NCBI GenBank assembly: GCA_023231475.1
Contig: JALJEE010001258.1
Span: 124,001 to 168,724 of the forward strand
Source: Seison nebaliae
Lineage: Eukaryota
Direction of reading: 5' to 3'
DNA length: 44,724 bases
Below are positions 23,982 to 36,900 of the stretch, one piece after another. The number at the start of each line of letters is the position of its first letter. The first letter of the stretch is position 1. The notes under the pieces were generated by a model that was given only the letters and a program-made list of their open reading frames with translations, made no database searches and was not told the DNA's origin. Position numbers and translations under genes: made by a program.

Positions 23982-26900
23982 TTATTTTTTCGCTTTTCTC
24001 ATTTGCTGTTGTTGGCGACTGTTGGACATCCACGCTTTCGAGTAGTTAATGTTATCGCAACTGTCTAAAGAAATGAGAGAGAATAAAGAATTAGGAATCG
24101 GAGAAGAGAAAGAGAATAGAACGAGATGGATTTGTATTTAAATTCGTGTTTGTTTGCGTCCGCTTCTTATATCGATGGAGGAGTGATATGTTATCAGATT
24201 GATTGACGTTCTTGCAGGAATCGCGTTTCGGTTTGGTGAGAGTGGAGTTGACATGTTGAGTTGATCGACGACCATCATTCAATTTCGAATGAGTTGAATC
24301 GTTGTTAGATAATCGAATGATTTCCGTATAATTATTTTTACCAAGTACATTCCTCTTACGAAGGACGACTTGGACGACGTTGGAGGACGGATCGTTTTTT
24401 TCTTTGTTCGCCATTTGGATTGATGAAAGTGACGCGGATTGTGGTGGCATTTGTCTCATCTGATTAATTCGTCTCAACGAGTCAGTCGATCGATTGAGAA
24501 TCGATTGATTATTATGATGATGATTTAATGGAATCATTCTATTATTCTTTTGTCTCACATTAGTCGGATCGTTCGGTCGATATTGGTGCAGGTTATTCGT
24601 TTTCCGTTTTTTCATATGAAATTGTTCACCATTTTGTACGGTTTGATTCCTCCTCGTACTATTCTGTTGTATATACCACTCATAATACGCCAACATATTA
24701 TTCAACTCATCTCTCGTATGAACATTATCAGAAATCATACCGTTATCTGTTATTCCGTTCGTATTATAAAAATTGGTCTTCATAAACATTTCCGTCCGGC
24801 CTAAGCCACTTTGTGGTCGCTGTTCAATTCCGTTCGAATCAAACAAAAAATTACTTTTGTTGTTGTTGTTGTTGTCGCCTAATAACCTCTCACAGGATTT
24901 CGAAGTTTTTTCTTTAAATTTCGATTTCGTTTTCGAATCATTGTTACTCTGATGTGTGGTGGAGATGTTGCTACTGAACGAATCGTTCATGTTGGAAAAG
25001 CGACTCAATGATTTAGTGAATGGGACGGATGTGATGGACTTTCGATATTTCATGGCGTGACGTTTCCGTTCGGCGAGTGAAGTCGACAAAAAATTGTTGG
25101 AAACTTCGACTCGTTTCGGCCAATTGTTTATTGCGCTCAAGGCGAAAACTGACGACCAATATTGTTCTTCAAACGAATGATAATATTTCCTAGACAATCG
25201 ATTCAACTTCGCACTGATATATCGTTTGAAGAGACGACTATTCTTTTGTTGGGCGTGATTGGTCGTTGAACGGAAACAACGAACATTTGACGATTCCATG
25301 AAAAAATCGGAGGAATGAGAACGTCGTCGACAAGTGGATGAGTTGTTGGATTTGATTCGGAAGAAAATGTCGTCCTTCATTTCGTTGTGCCATGTGACGG
25401 TATAGATACGATAAAAAACGGTTTTCCAATTCAAATCGTCACTCGTTTTATTTCGAATGAGATGATTGTTGAATCGTTTCTCAATGAATTGAGTGGACAA
25501 CAAACGAATATTTTGTAATCGAGTCTGTTCTTCATTCATCAATCGATGAACGTCATTCTTCCAATCGATCGATTCGTTTCTTTCTTTGCAGGAATTTCTC
25601 AGAATTAACGAATCGCGAAAACTCTTCGAATATCTTTCCATTCTACTTTTATTATTATTTTTATCGATTTTGTTCGATCTCAAAAAATTTTCAAATTTCA
25701 AAAATTCTTCTTTCAATTCATTGAACATTCGTCGTCGATAGAGAACGGAAAGAATCGATGACGAATTTGAGCTTTTCTGAGTCGATTTCTTCATGATCAA
25801 TTTGGAGTTTGTTAAAAAATCGAGTTGAATTTGAATGTCAGTCAAGTCGAAAGTGAGACAACTTAATTTGAGACAATTCCAATCGGTAATATAAAAATCG
25901 CTCAATCGTCGACGGAAACTATAAAGAATCGTTAGTGATGGTATTAAATGAGTGAGAGAACAATGATTTGGATCGATGTCATTATTCAATCCGATCCATC
26001 GACAAATATCTGATAACACTTCAGGATATTGATTTGGCGTCATTATCGTTTCTAACGATGTTAATCGACTCGATTTATCGATTGCAAAAATAATTTGAAT
26101 TTTTTCCTGATTTCTTTTATCGTTCGATGCTGATGGTAATCGATCATTCAATAGTAACGATAAACGATACTTGACGATACATTCACATTTGATCAATTTC
26201 ATTTCACTGTTCAAGTATTGGAGTGTGATGAGATGACCATTTTTCCGTTCGTCCCATCTCGACGGCATATATTGTGTGGGCGCATAATTGTAAGTGAGAA
26301 TGGTGAAACGTTTGATATCATCGTCTTTTAAGAAGGGACAAATCACTCGGAATGTTTCCATAGAACGACGATAAATTATCTTTTCTTCTTTCATTACACT
26401 GATATCGAAATGATTTCGAATGACATTCGTCTGTCTTTGTTCACTCGTCTGATAATAGAGGTAAAGATAAGAGGAAGGAAAACCGTCGGATTGACAAACA
26501 ATTCGTTCGACATGTCCCTCTTTACACGTCTTCATTCTCTCCAATAATATCATCGCTTCTCCGGGCAATTGAAGCATTTCTTGTTGAATTCGATTATCGT
26601 TCCGTTGACAATTTCGTCGCTTAACGGAAAATTCGTGTTCGAACATTCTCCTCACAATCATCTCAATTTTCTCGTTCAACTGGTTCTCATGAGAATTCAA
26701 TCGAACTCTCCTCTCATGTTTTCGGCGATCATCAGGTCGATTTTCATTGTTGTCGTTTTTATTCATTGAATCGTTCGTATAAAGACCGGGACGTGCAATC
26801 ACTTTCACACAATCGGTATAAGTTAAATCATAATTATCATCATCTCTCATTTCTTCTTCGTCCTCTTCGTCGTCGTTGTCGACATTTTTCTCCAAATCCA

Positions 26901-27561
26901 CATGACTATTCTGATCGTTATAAAACGAATCATTTTCATGAAGTTGATCTTTCTCATTTGAATTTTCTATCTCTTTATTATTATTATTATTAACACTATT
27001 ATTATTATTATTATTATTATTGTTGTATTGATGAAATTTAAAATTGACCAAATCCAATTTGACTAAATCATTCGTGTTTTCTGATGATGTTGGATCGTCT
27101 AAATCATCTTCATGTTGATCATCGTCTGTGTCACATGATGATTTGATGTGAGCTTCAGCGACGATCGACTGATTACGTTGTCGTCGACGCTCCTTCCATC
27201 GCTCCATTAGACAACGTAACTTCTCACTACAACTCTCGTCACTGGGATCGTCGCCGATTTGTTTTCCGACGGATTTCAATTGACGAACGGTACGGAACAA
27301 TTCCTTCTCCTCCTCCGAACTATCGCGCGCAGAGAACAATTGTGTCCTCTTTTGAAATCCATCAAATTTGCGTTGGACGACGGAAGTTCGATTATCGAGT
27401 TTGTGCACATTCGGTGCAGTTCGATAATTGGGAGTGGCGTTTTGAGCGACGGCATTGGACGAATCTCTCGATTTCCAGAAACGAATGGTTCGCGAAAAAT
27501 CACCAGAAGTCAGGGGACGTGTACGACGTTCGTCCTCGAACAATTCGCGATATGTCGACAT
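23982..27561 (-). CDS. ~1,170 aa orphan protein; paralogue B of the tandem pair
   Basis: ORF from ATG 27561. Intron ~24066-24122 (GTTCTA..TCTTTAG) leads to a last exon HSCDNINYSKAWMSNSRQQQQMRKAKK* (stop 23982-23984). Block homology to the giant ORF. Confidence 0.82.
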
Positions 27562-28062
27562 TCGCGGGTTTTGGAGTGATGGGAAAGATGCGACGAGAGT
27601 GTACGTAAGTAACGATCGGTGTAACGGCAGTTGTTAGTCTCTTCCTTAATGTGATCGATCGATCGGGTCGGTCGGGATGAATAATTATAGAAATCGTTTT
27701 CTTCTCAACAATTATGATGATGATGAATTGATAAAATTGATGATCGATTACAGGTGAAAAGCATCGGTTGCTTATATTCGCTAATTGTTTCACCTTCCTG
27801 CCCTCCCATCCTCTCACCACCTCCAATGAACAGACAATAAGAAATTTTTTCTCTTACGACGTACCATCATCATTATCATCATTATTATCATCATAATCCG
27901 TCCTCGTCATTATTCTGCATTATGATTGGTGAGAAGAGAAGAGATTGAGAAGAGAATTGTTAGTTGATTAAAAAATTGTTTGGGAAAACTAACGAAAAGT
28001 AGAACACAATGACAATGGGGAAAGAATATTTGAATTTGAAATTGATACGCATCAACTATTCG

Positions 28063-30351
28063 TCATGAATCCATCCGTCCACATTTCCATCGCAGTGCAA
28101 AATACACGGACATTCGTGCCCCAACATAAAACGAACAGAGAATGATAAAATGTCGCCAATAATCTACGTTGTTCACTTCAAACATTTCCAGAATTCTCTC
28201 CGCGTTCTCGAACGGACAATATCCCTCGCATCCTAATCGAACACGACCATAACCATAAATGGCGATTAATGAGCCTTCGAAAGCGAATCGGATGTAAGAG
28301 AAATAAGAGAGCCAAGAGAGCCAAATTGGCATGGATTTGAACGGGAGGAAATAACCGGAAAATAGTAAAATGGGAATCGTTGAAACTGGTCCGGCAAAAA
28401 CGGCTACGCCTGGCTCCGTCACGATACTGAGGAAGACGCCGAATGCTTGAGCGATGAGTGATGTGAGGACGGCGAGAGTGAGTATCATGACGAATCGAGT
28501 GAAATCATTCGGTTGGTCCGTCATCCAATAAACGGTGGACATGTAGACGATGGGCAGAAGGACTTGAAGTGGCAGATCGGCAAATGTTCGAGCGAAGAAA
28601 TACGATCGGAGAGAATACCAAGAATTCATCGTCTCTCGAAGGAAGACACGCACTTCCGACGGAAACGTCATCAATGTCGGCATCATTCCAGCGAACATAC
28701 AGAACAATAAAGAAAAGAATATACAGGACGTGTTATTGAAGACGTGTGTGGCCTTATTGCCAATACTCAGATAGAGGAGACCGATCAATAAGCCTATGAG
28801 GACGTGACACAATAATTGGAGTTTGCAAATTGAAGAATTTCGGAGAATTCCTCGAATACTCCGATGGAATATGACGACGAATTGCCATGTTGCTGATGTG
28901 GCGAATTGTCCACTCTTCATTATCAGACACTTATATTTCTTCTCACTTCCCATCGTATGGTCGTGATTGTCATCATCGTTATTGTTATTAAATGAATTAT
29001 GATCATCAACTATAATTTCCGTTGTCAATTCTTTCAAATTGCCAAATAATTTTTCTTCTTCTCTTTTTTTTTCTTCCTCATTTTCTTGTTGTTGTTCTTG
29101 TTTAATTCGTTGTAATTCATTTTCTTGTTGTTCTTCTTGTTGTTGTTCTTGTTGTTGTTGTTCTTGTTGTTGTTGTTCTTGTTCTTGTTCTTCAATTTGT
29201 TGTAATTCATTTTCTTGCTGTTGTTGTTGTTGTTGTTGTAATTCATTTATTTCTTCATTTTCTTGTTCATTTTCTTCTTGTTGTTGTTGTTGTTGTTGTT
29301 GTTGTGATTGAGAAGAAATGGAATTAGAAGATGAATATGATGTTGGAGGGATTGGTAAAGAGTTTGAATGTTTTAATTGACAAAACCGATTATGAAATTG
29401 ACGACATTTTCCATTTTGGACGGCTGTTAGGAGACGTTGCCGAGATTCTGTTCCATATTGGAGTGAAGCAATTTCAGTGATGTAATCTGACGGATTATGA
29501 TAAGGTGGACATTGGAGATCAAGTATGGCTAAATATGGGACCAAACTCTCGATTCGTCCGTTATACAGACAGGAACCTTCACTCAGGAAATATAGAGTGT
29601 CGAACACTTCGAACAATCGTGCTGATGGTTGGTGGATTGTGCAGACGATTGTTCGTCCACCGCCCGCCAACATCTTCAATAAATTAATGCATTGATAACT
29701 GGAGACGGAATCGAGACCACTCGTCGGTTCATCGAAGAACATGAGTGACGGATTATTGACTAATTCGAGAGCCATCGACAATCTCTTCAATTGACCACCA
29801 GATAACGAGTGACATCTCGTTCGAGCGTGTTGAGAGAGACTGAGAGCGCTCAAAACTTCCGATACGATCTCCTTCCGTCGATTGTACTTCACATCAATTT
29901 TCAATTGTGTGGCGATATAAACACTTTCCTCTACCGTCAGATATGGTAGATGATAATCGATTTGTGGAATGTAAGCACATTTCTTGTGGAAGGAGGAATC
30001 GCGCTTCATTCCATTTATACAGATATCGCCACTTACTCCAGATCGAGTGGTTCCTACGAGAATATTCATTAAACTCGATTTACCCGCACCACTTGCACCC
30101 ATGATGGCATTGAGAGTGCCATGTTTGAATTCGCCGTTTAATTTTCTCAGAATTCTTTTCGTCTCATTCTTACAAATGACAGAATAGGAAATGTTGGTAA
30201 ATGACAAATCGATCTCAGGTCGCTCCGGCAAATGAGAGAGACTGATATTCGATTGTCTCATCACACTTCCGCCCACCATCGTATGATTTTTCATTTTATG
30301 ATTATGGGCCAGATCGATTGCCGACCATTCCAACGTCAAATGTTCAGCCAT
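28063..30351 (-). CDS. ABCG half-transporter (ABCG1/4-white family), intronless
   Basis: Walker A GASGAGKS, signature LSGGQLKRLSMA, Walker B MFFDEPTSGLD, H-loop CTIHQPS, CPPYHNPSDY, C-terminal ABC2 TM domain (LLFSGYF..WLSYFSYIRFAFEG). First in-frame ATG at 30351. Confidence 0.96.
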   Translation of the reverse strand: MAEHLTLEWSAIDLAHNHKMKNHTMVGGSVMRQSNISLSHLPERPEIDLSFTNISYSVICKNETKRILRKLNGEFKHGTLNAIMGASGAGKSSLMNILVGTTRSGVSGDICINGMKRDSSFHKKCAYIPQIDYHLPYLTVEESVYIATQLKIDVKYNRRKEIVSEVLSALSLSQHARTRCHSLSGGQLKRLSMALELVNNPSLMFFDEPTSGLDSVSSYQCINLLKMLAGGGRTIVCTIHQPSARLFEVFDTLYFLSEGSCLYNGRIESLVPYLAILDLQCPPYHNPSDYITEIASLQYGTESRQRLLTAVQNGKCRQFHNRFCQLKHSNSLPIPPTSYSSSNSISSQSQQQQQQQQQEENEQENEEINELQQQQQQQQENELQQIEEQEQEQQQQEQQQQEQQQEEQQENELQRIKQEQQQENEEEKKREEEKLFGNLKELTTEIIVDDHNSFNNNNDDDNHDHTMGSEKKYKCLIMKSGQFATSATWQFVVIFHRSIRGILRNSSICKLQLLCHVLIGLLIGLLYLSIGNKATHVFNNTSCIFFSLLFCMFAGMMPTLMTFPSEVRVFLRETMNSWYSLRSYFFARTFADLPLQVLLPIVYMSTVYWMTDQPNDFTRFVMILTLAVLTSLIAQAFGVFLSIVTEPGVAVFAGPVSTIPILLFSGYFLPFKSMPIWLSWLSYFSYIRFAFEGSLIAIYGYGRVRLGCEGYCPFENAERILEMFEVNNVDYWRHFIILCSFYVGARMSVYFALRWKCGRMDS
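29070..29310 (-). repeat. CAA/GAA-rich coding expansion (poly-Q/E) in the ABCG NBD-TMD linker
   Basis: QQQQQQQQQEENEQENEEINELQQQQ...EEEKKREEEK. Confidence 0.85.
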
Positions 30352-30633
30352 CCTCTCATCCACACGAAGAAGAATGGAACAAACAGAAATTTATTCTTCT
30401 GAATGGAAGGAAGAGAATTTTAAGTGAGAAAATTAAGAGATTTTCAAACAAAACAAAAAACATCAACGCAAACAACACAAACAACACAAATAACAAGACA
30501 AAAAGAAGAAGAAGAATAAGAATAAGAATAAATATATTTATCAAATTAACAATTCACAAATTGGAGGAAATTGCACAAGTGAATCAAATGGGAAATCAGG
30601 AAAATTTCAAATTAAATTTCAAATAAATTCCTC

Positions 30634-32109
30634 TCAAAATGAAAGAAATTTCCCCACAAATAACATATGTTCGTTCGTCTTGATCCACACGGGTAACTTC
30701 TCGACGTAACGAGCTACATCATTCTTATTGGCGAGTGGTTGGAATGTCGCTAACAGATTATAATTGTCCGTACTCCATGCCAATATCGATTCGTGCATTC
30801 CTTTATAGAAGAGAATTTTCGATTCTCCATTTGTCAATCTCCCGTACAACCATCGATAAAGAGAGAAGAGTCGATCGTAACTCTTCCCATTTATCTCATA
30901 AATAATTGACGCCGTCTCAGGAAGGAATGGTGAAATAACACATTGTTTCGTTGACGGTCGTTCATAAATGAAATGACGAAAACAATCATCCAATATCGAC
31001 TCATAATTCAATGAACTATTCAAAATAATTGATGGAGATGTTGTTGTTGTTGTTGTTGGTGATGGTGATGGTGATGATGGTGGAATTGACGAAATCGTCG
31101 TATTTGATAGTGATGATATTGTTGTTGTTGTTGTTGTTGTTGTTGTTATCGTTGTTGATGATAATTCTGTATTAGTAGTTGTTGTTGTTGTTGTTGGAAT
31201 TGTTTTATATGTTTCATTATTTGAAATAGTGATACTGTAATCTAATTTTGGATAAGTGACATCTGAATTCGTCTGATTGATGGTTTCAATACCGTTTTGA
31301 TGGTTTGGAATGAATATTGAATCGGATTTCTTTGAGGAGACATTCTTCTTCCGAATGGTGTTGGGAAGTGGAAGATGTTGATTCGATATCAATTGATCAG
31401 CAACGATTTCGTCCAATTTGGTGAGTAGTCGATGATTTTCCATTTTGTCGCGGATCATCGTTTTGAGATCGACCGCCAAATACAAATCCAACTGATCGAC
31501 CGATAAGAGAAGTAAAGACAAATGTTTGGAAATGGGAGAGAAGAGTGAGTGGAAATGTCCTTTCCGATCGATTCGAGGGAAGCAAACGGGGAACCAATTC
31601 GTCTCTAAATTCCTCAACGATTGACGACAGGCACTTAATAAATTGGAAAGAATTATCAATTCTTCCGATCGAATTTCATAATTCGTCAAATGAACATAAG
31701 TGATGAGACGAGCGTCACCGAAGAGAAGAAGAAAGACGAAACTTTTCGACGTGGATCGACGAACGGCTTGCAAGAAAATTTGATTGACAGAATCTCGCAA
31801 ACTCTTTCCCACCGGAATTAGCAACATCGATTCCATCTGAATATCCATCTTCAATTCCTGCAATCTCAAATTGTGCGTCATGAACTTCTCAGCTCCATCT
31901 AACAAATGTCGAAGATCGTAATTTGGCGATCGTTTGAAAATTAGTTCGATCGTCTCCGGTGGCAATTGGGCGCCCATTTGATTCTTCATACAATGAATCC
32001 GTCTAATGGTTTGTTGTCGATCCATTTGCTCTCGAGACATTACTACAAAAATGAGGAAATTTTCTCTTAGAAAATTTATATGAAAATTTCCCGCAACAAT
32101 TTCTTGTAA

Positions 32110-32150
<41 letters not shown>

Positions 32151-32610
32151 AATATTCACCGTTTTCTTCTTCTGATGAAATATCTTCCGTTTTTTTTTGA
32201 TATTTGATGGAAACATAATTGAGGAGAGCTTGTAATAATCCGAAAAGTGAAACAAGTTTATCCTCATTTCCATATCGACAATAAACCGGTTTTCCTGATT
32301 CACTTATAATGAACATATGACATCGTTCCAAATGGAATTCATCACTCATCACATATGATTCTTCGGCATTCATTCCATCTTCTGATAATGAATCGTCCAT
32401 GTCACCACCAGACTCTCTCCGACACTTCTCCAACTGATCGACATTCAACGGATTGCCCAAACATTGACTGTCCAACGAACGATGTCGACGACGGTTCATC
32501 GGATAATGGTCGTCAGAAAGAAATTTATTCGAAGATCTTTTCGAGACATCACTACCCTTGCCCTTATCCAGCGAATAAGAGCGCGAATGCTGCGAATGAA
32601 GATATCTCAT
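30634..32610 (-). CDS. MON1: Vacuolar fusion protein MON1 (SAND family, Rab7 GEF subunit), intronless
   Basis: HMFIISESGKPVYCRYGNEDKLVSLFGLLQAL, IFKRSPNYDLRHLLDG, WFPVCFPRIDRKGHFH, FRHFIY, ESILAWSTDNYNLLATFQPL, WIKTNEHMLFV. First ATG at 32610. Confidence 0.95.
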
Positions 32611-33948
32611 ATCTCCACTCAATTCATCAATAATGAGCTTGATGATTAAATCGAATTTCTATTAGGAATCATTTCATTTCATATTGTACTATAAGTGGAA
32701 GAGAAATAGAAAGACTATAAATCTATATTCATATTATACATAAAATAATTACATCATCTTATCATTATCATGATAATTTTACTCAATTCTCACAACTTTT
32801 ACCATTTCTAAATATATTTATTTTTATTATTTATTTATTTTCGGAATATTACCGTGAGAAATACCTTAGTTCTCGGGTGTGAAATTGATAATGGAAAAAT
32901 GTCATTTATATGAGTGTAGATAAAATATGTGCGAAGTTCATAAGATCATTTCATTCGTTCCATCAAAGATGTACATACAATTGGCTGGATGTCCGTTTAA
33001 AACTTTTTCTTCTGGATTTTATGGTGTTCAACTATCCCTTCTATTTACGTTAAGATCAATGTTATCGTTAGATAAAACATACAATCTATTTGTACGAACG
33101 TTATTTGGATGTAGCCCTTCATTTAATAGACATGTATAGAGCCATTTTTCTCATTTCCGTGATTAGAAGAGTGGGATGAATTCAATTTGTTTGTCGGCTC
33201 GAAAATTTCAACATTATCGATTTTGTATCTATTCATCTTGTTGGTTTATTATCTCATAGTTGTGAGTGAAATATCATCAAATAAATTTTCAAACAATTCA
33301 AAATTTTTATATCTAATTTCCCGAGGAGATTCCGAATAAAAAAGAAAAATAACATTCCAATAAAATTAAATTATTTTAAGTCAATTAATCTAAATTGAGT
33401 TATCATTCGTTTTATCGTGTATCAATTTCTCTGGTAATTGAGAGAACACGTTCACATTCAAATATCACATTTTCAACACATAATCATTCTTAATTTGAGA
33501 ATGAAAGAAGGAAATATAATCCATCATATATAGATCATCACCATAATGAATAAGATGGAGAGAAAGATTAGGACGAAATAATTGATAAAAGTTAAATAAA
33601 ATAATAACATTCTTTCAAACACCTGAAATTATTAGATGATTTAAAATTTTGTTGACCGACTCATGAAATTGGAATTGGAACTAAATTGAAAATTAAATTA
33701 AAACTAAATATAGGGAAGAGAGTTTTAGAGTACGTAAACTTTAATTGAGGAAAATAAATAGATGACTAATTTAAAATGATGAATGAGAAGATTACAATTC
33801 TTTCCCATTACACAAAACAGCAAGAGAAGTCCGATAAGAAATGATTGAGAGATAAGTGACTAGTAATTTAAATTATGTTCATGGAATAATGTGAGAGAGA
33901 TATTTGTGGGTAAGTTTCCTCCTCTTTCCTCCTTTCTGATCGCGTGTA

Positions 33949-36900
33949 TTAAGGATCGCGCACTAAATCTTCGAAATTGACATGATCGTAATTATTTTCA
34001 GATGAAGAATTATCAGTTAAACCGGAACGTTCAGTAGTAGTGGAGGCGGAGGCGCCATCGCTGCAATTCTCTATGTCAAGTACACACGACGTGTCCAATG
34101 AAGTTCTACTACAACCCGTGATGATGGTGATGACGGAGGGGGAGGGAGAAATGACTTTTGTATGACTACTCTCATCATCGTCGTCGAAAGTTTCCACAGG
34201 TATGTTAAGGGAGGTGGTAGTAGTTATAGAAGTGTCGATTTCGTTCAACATTGGCAGAGTAGTTTGAGAGAAGGGAACAGGCAAATCATAATTCATTTCA
34301 CGGAATATATCGGGAAACTTCTTCTCGGACATTAACAACCAAAATTGTTGATATTCTCGTTGTTTCGTACACCATTGACATCGATCGCCTTCCATCGTAC
34401 ACATTTTATCATTATCCATCTCGTTATCGGAGGGAGTGGTGAAAGTGTTAGCGAGAGAACATGAAGCTACTGACGCCGCTATTTGCGAGATGTATGGAGC
34501 TGGCATGAATTGAGTACAATGACGGAAGTTGAAATGACTTGTAATGGTGCGAAAATATTGTTGATGGAAATGGGAATTATAATCGAGATACGACGTCTCT
34601 TCATTCAGTTGTGTCGGTGGTGTCATCTCGAAAGGGAGAGACGTGTTGACGTCCGTAAGCGTAGGTGCAGCAGGAGGTGGTAATAGGGGAGGGAAATTTG
34701 AATTATTCGAATCGATAATTGGTCGATCGTAAAAATAATTTGGTGGTTGAATATAATTCATTTGAGTAAGTGCTTGTGTCACGGAAATTAGAGTCGGAGG
34801 CGGTTGTGGTGATGGTTGTTGTTGTTGTTGTTGTTGTTGGGGATTATCGTACAGCTGATATGGAGAATCGACATTTGTTTTCATGGATGGATGATTTGAT
34901 CCATGTGAAATATTCACACTATTACTCTCATTGTTATGATTGGGATAAGAATTGTTAAAATAATAATATGATTGTTGGTTATTTTGCGGAGTATATGAAT
35001 GATATCCATTTGTTCCAACTACATTGTTCATTTGATAATTCGGACGACAATGTGAAGTTTGTTGGAAATTGTAGTATGGAACTGATTGTTGACCGTTGTA
35101 ATTCATCAATAATGGAGGCGGCCCTTGTTGTTGTTGTTGTATGAATATTTGTTGTTGGTTTGAGTCATGTTGAAATTGAAAAGAATTTTGTTGAGAAACA
35201 TTAAAATTGGAAATGAAAGACGATTCATCTGATTGTTGATATGGAGAATAAAATTGTTGTTGTTGTTGTTGTGGAATACAAAAATTATAATTGTGTGGTG
35301 GTGGTGGTGGTGGTGGTTGTGGAAATGGATTATGTTGATGTTGAAACGGTAATTGATTATACTGTTGTTGTTGTTGTTGGAATGATAATTGATTTCGATT
35401 TTGTTGAATTGGAGGAATGAATGAATTTGTTAGATGATTAGAATGAAAAGATAAATCGTTCGGATCAGGAAGAATTGGTATGGATAATTCGGGTGGTTGT
35501 GAAGTGGGCGAATTGTGTGAAATTGGGAGAGATAATATTAATGAATTAGTTTGATTATCATCTAAAGTGGTAGATGAGACATCAGTTTTCAATTCACATG
35601 AATAATCGGGAAGTATTTCCTTAACGACTAAAGGAGGAGATGTTTCGTTCCCTTCGAAATACAAATATAGACTGATGAGATTGCCGAACTTTTTCGTTGA
35701 ATCTCCCCGAATCTTTTCGCATCGTGATAGGAGAAATTGTGCAGCGTCCGTCTCATCATCCACATGAAATAAATTGTCCGTCGGTTCCTTATTCAGTGTT
35801 CGACTGATATTCGTATTGATGATAACAATGGCACGATGGATCTTATAATCGACATTCACTTCGGCGATTTCCGGTTCGGGTGAAATGATGAATTTCATCA
35901 TTTTACGATGGAAACACCAAAAGTTTCCGAGAGATCGTGAGATTGGGACGAAGGGCACTTGAGATGTTTTGGGATTCTTCTCGTTCGACAGGTGATAGAT
36001 CACACTGAAGTTTTTCCCTTTTAGTATCTCATTAGTGCGACACCAAACTACATGATCTATCCTGTTCACCTTTTGGATGAGTCCACCGTTATTGATGATA
36101 TATTCTTTTTCAGCCTCACACGTATGTCGTTGGACCAATGTCTGTGGTGTTAGTCCTCTCTCTCCCGCAATCCCAATGATCGATTTTGTGATACCGAGTT
36201 GAACGGAAAAAACTCTCTGTCCGACCACCACCAATAATGTGAGTGAACATCCGGACATGTTGGCGAAACCGTCGTCAGTTTTCTCCCATTTATCTATTAT
36301 CAACACATATATAGGAAGGAAATATAATGGAAAATAAAATAAGGGAATACGAACGGAAAATTTTCCACATTTCTACTTGTGTATAAAGAACTGCTAATCG
36401 GAGAGATTGTTTTATCATTTTCGATTGTTCATTCCAAAAGAGACGTTGTCGACAAATATTGTCGATGAGATATCGATTGACATGTAGACCTGTTTCCCCG
36501 CCTTTATGTCCATCCACTAACAGACAAAATATTCGTCTGTCCTCCTCTCTTCCACTCCACGGATTATGCACATGAGAGATACGATAAGATGTTTCGAATC
36601 GATTAGAACCGCCGGCGATCCTGCATGCTGATATATTACATCGAACATTCTCCATGTCCACATAGAGAGATGTGGTGGAACGTCTCGAATCATTTCCTCC
36701 TCGATGATGATTGACATGGAAAAATTTATAATTTCCCAATTTATCCTCTTCCAATGATGCTAACGTTTCTATCCTCAATTCGATCGATTGATCCAATACG
36801 ATATTCGTCACCGCTTCATTACATAAGGCGACACATCTAATAAATCGATCGGTGGGTTCGATTCCAAAAATGAATTCGGAAGTCTCTTCTTCTTCCAACT

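Noticed and set aside
29039..29311. Cys-rich metallothionein/keratin-like ORF
   Set aside because: Antisense reading of the ABCG poly-Q/E tract.
36290..36354. Frameshift or programmed recoding between the two PP2C ORFs
   Set aside because: Explained by a 61-nt GT-AG intron that restores the Wip1 alignment.
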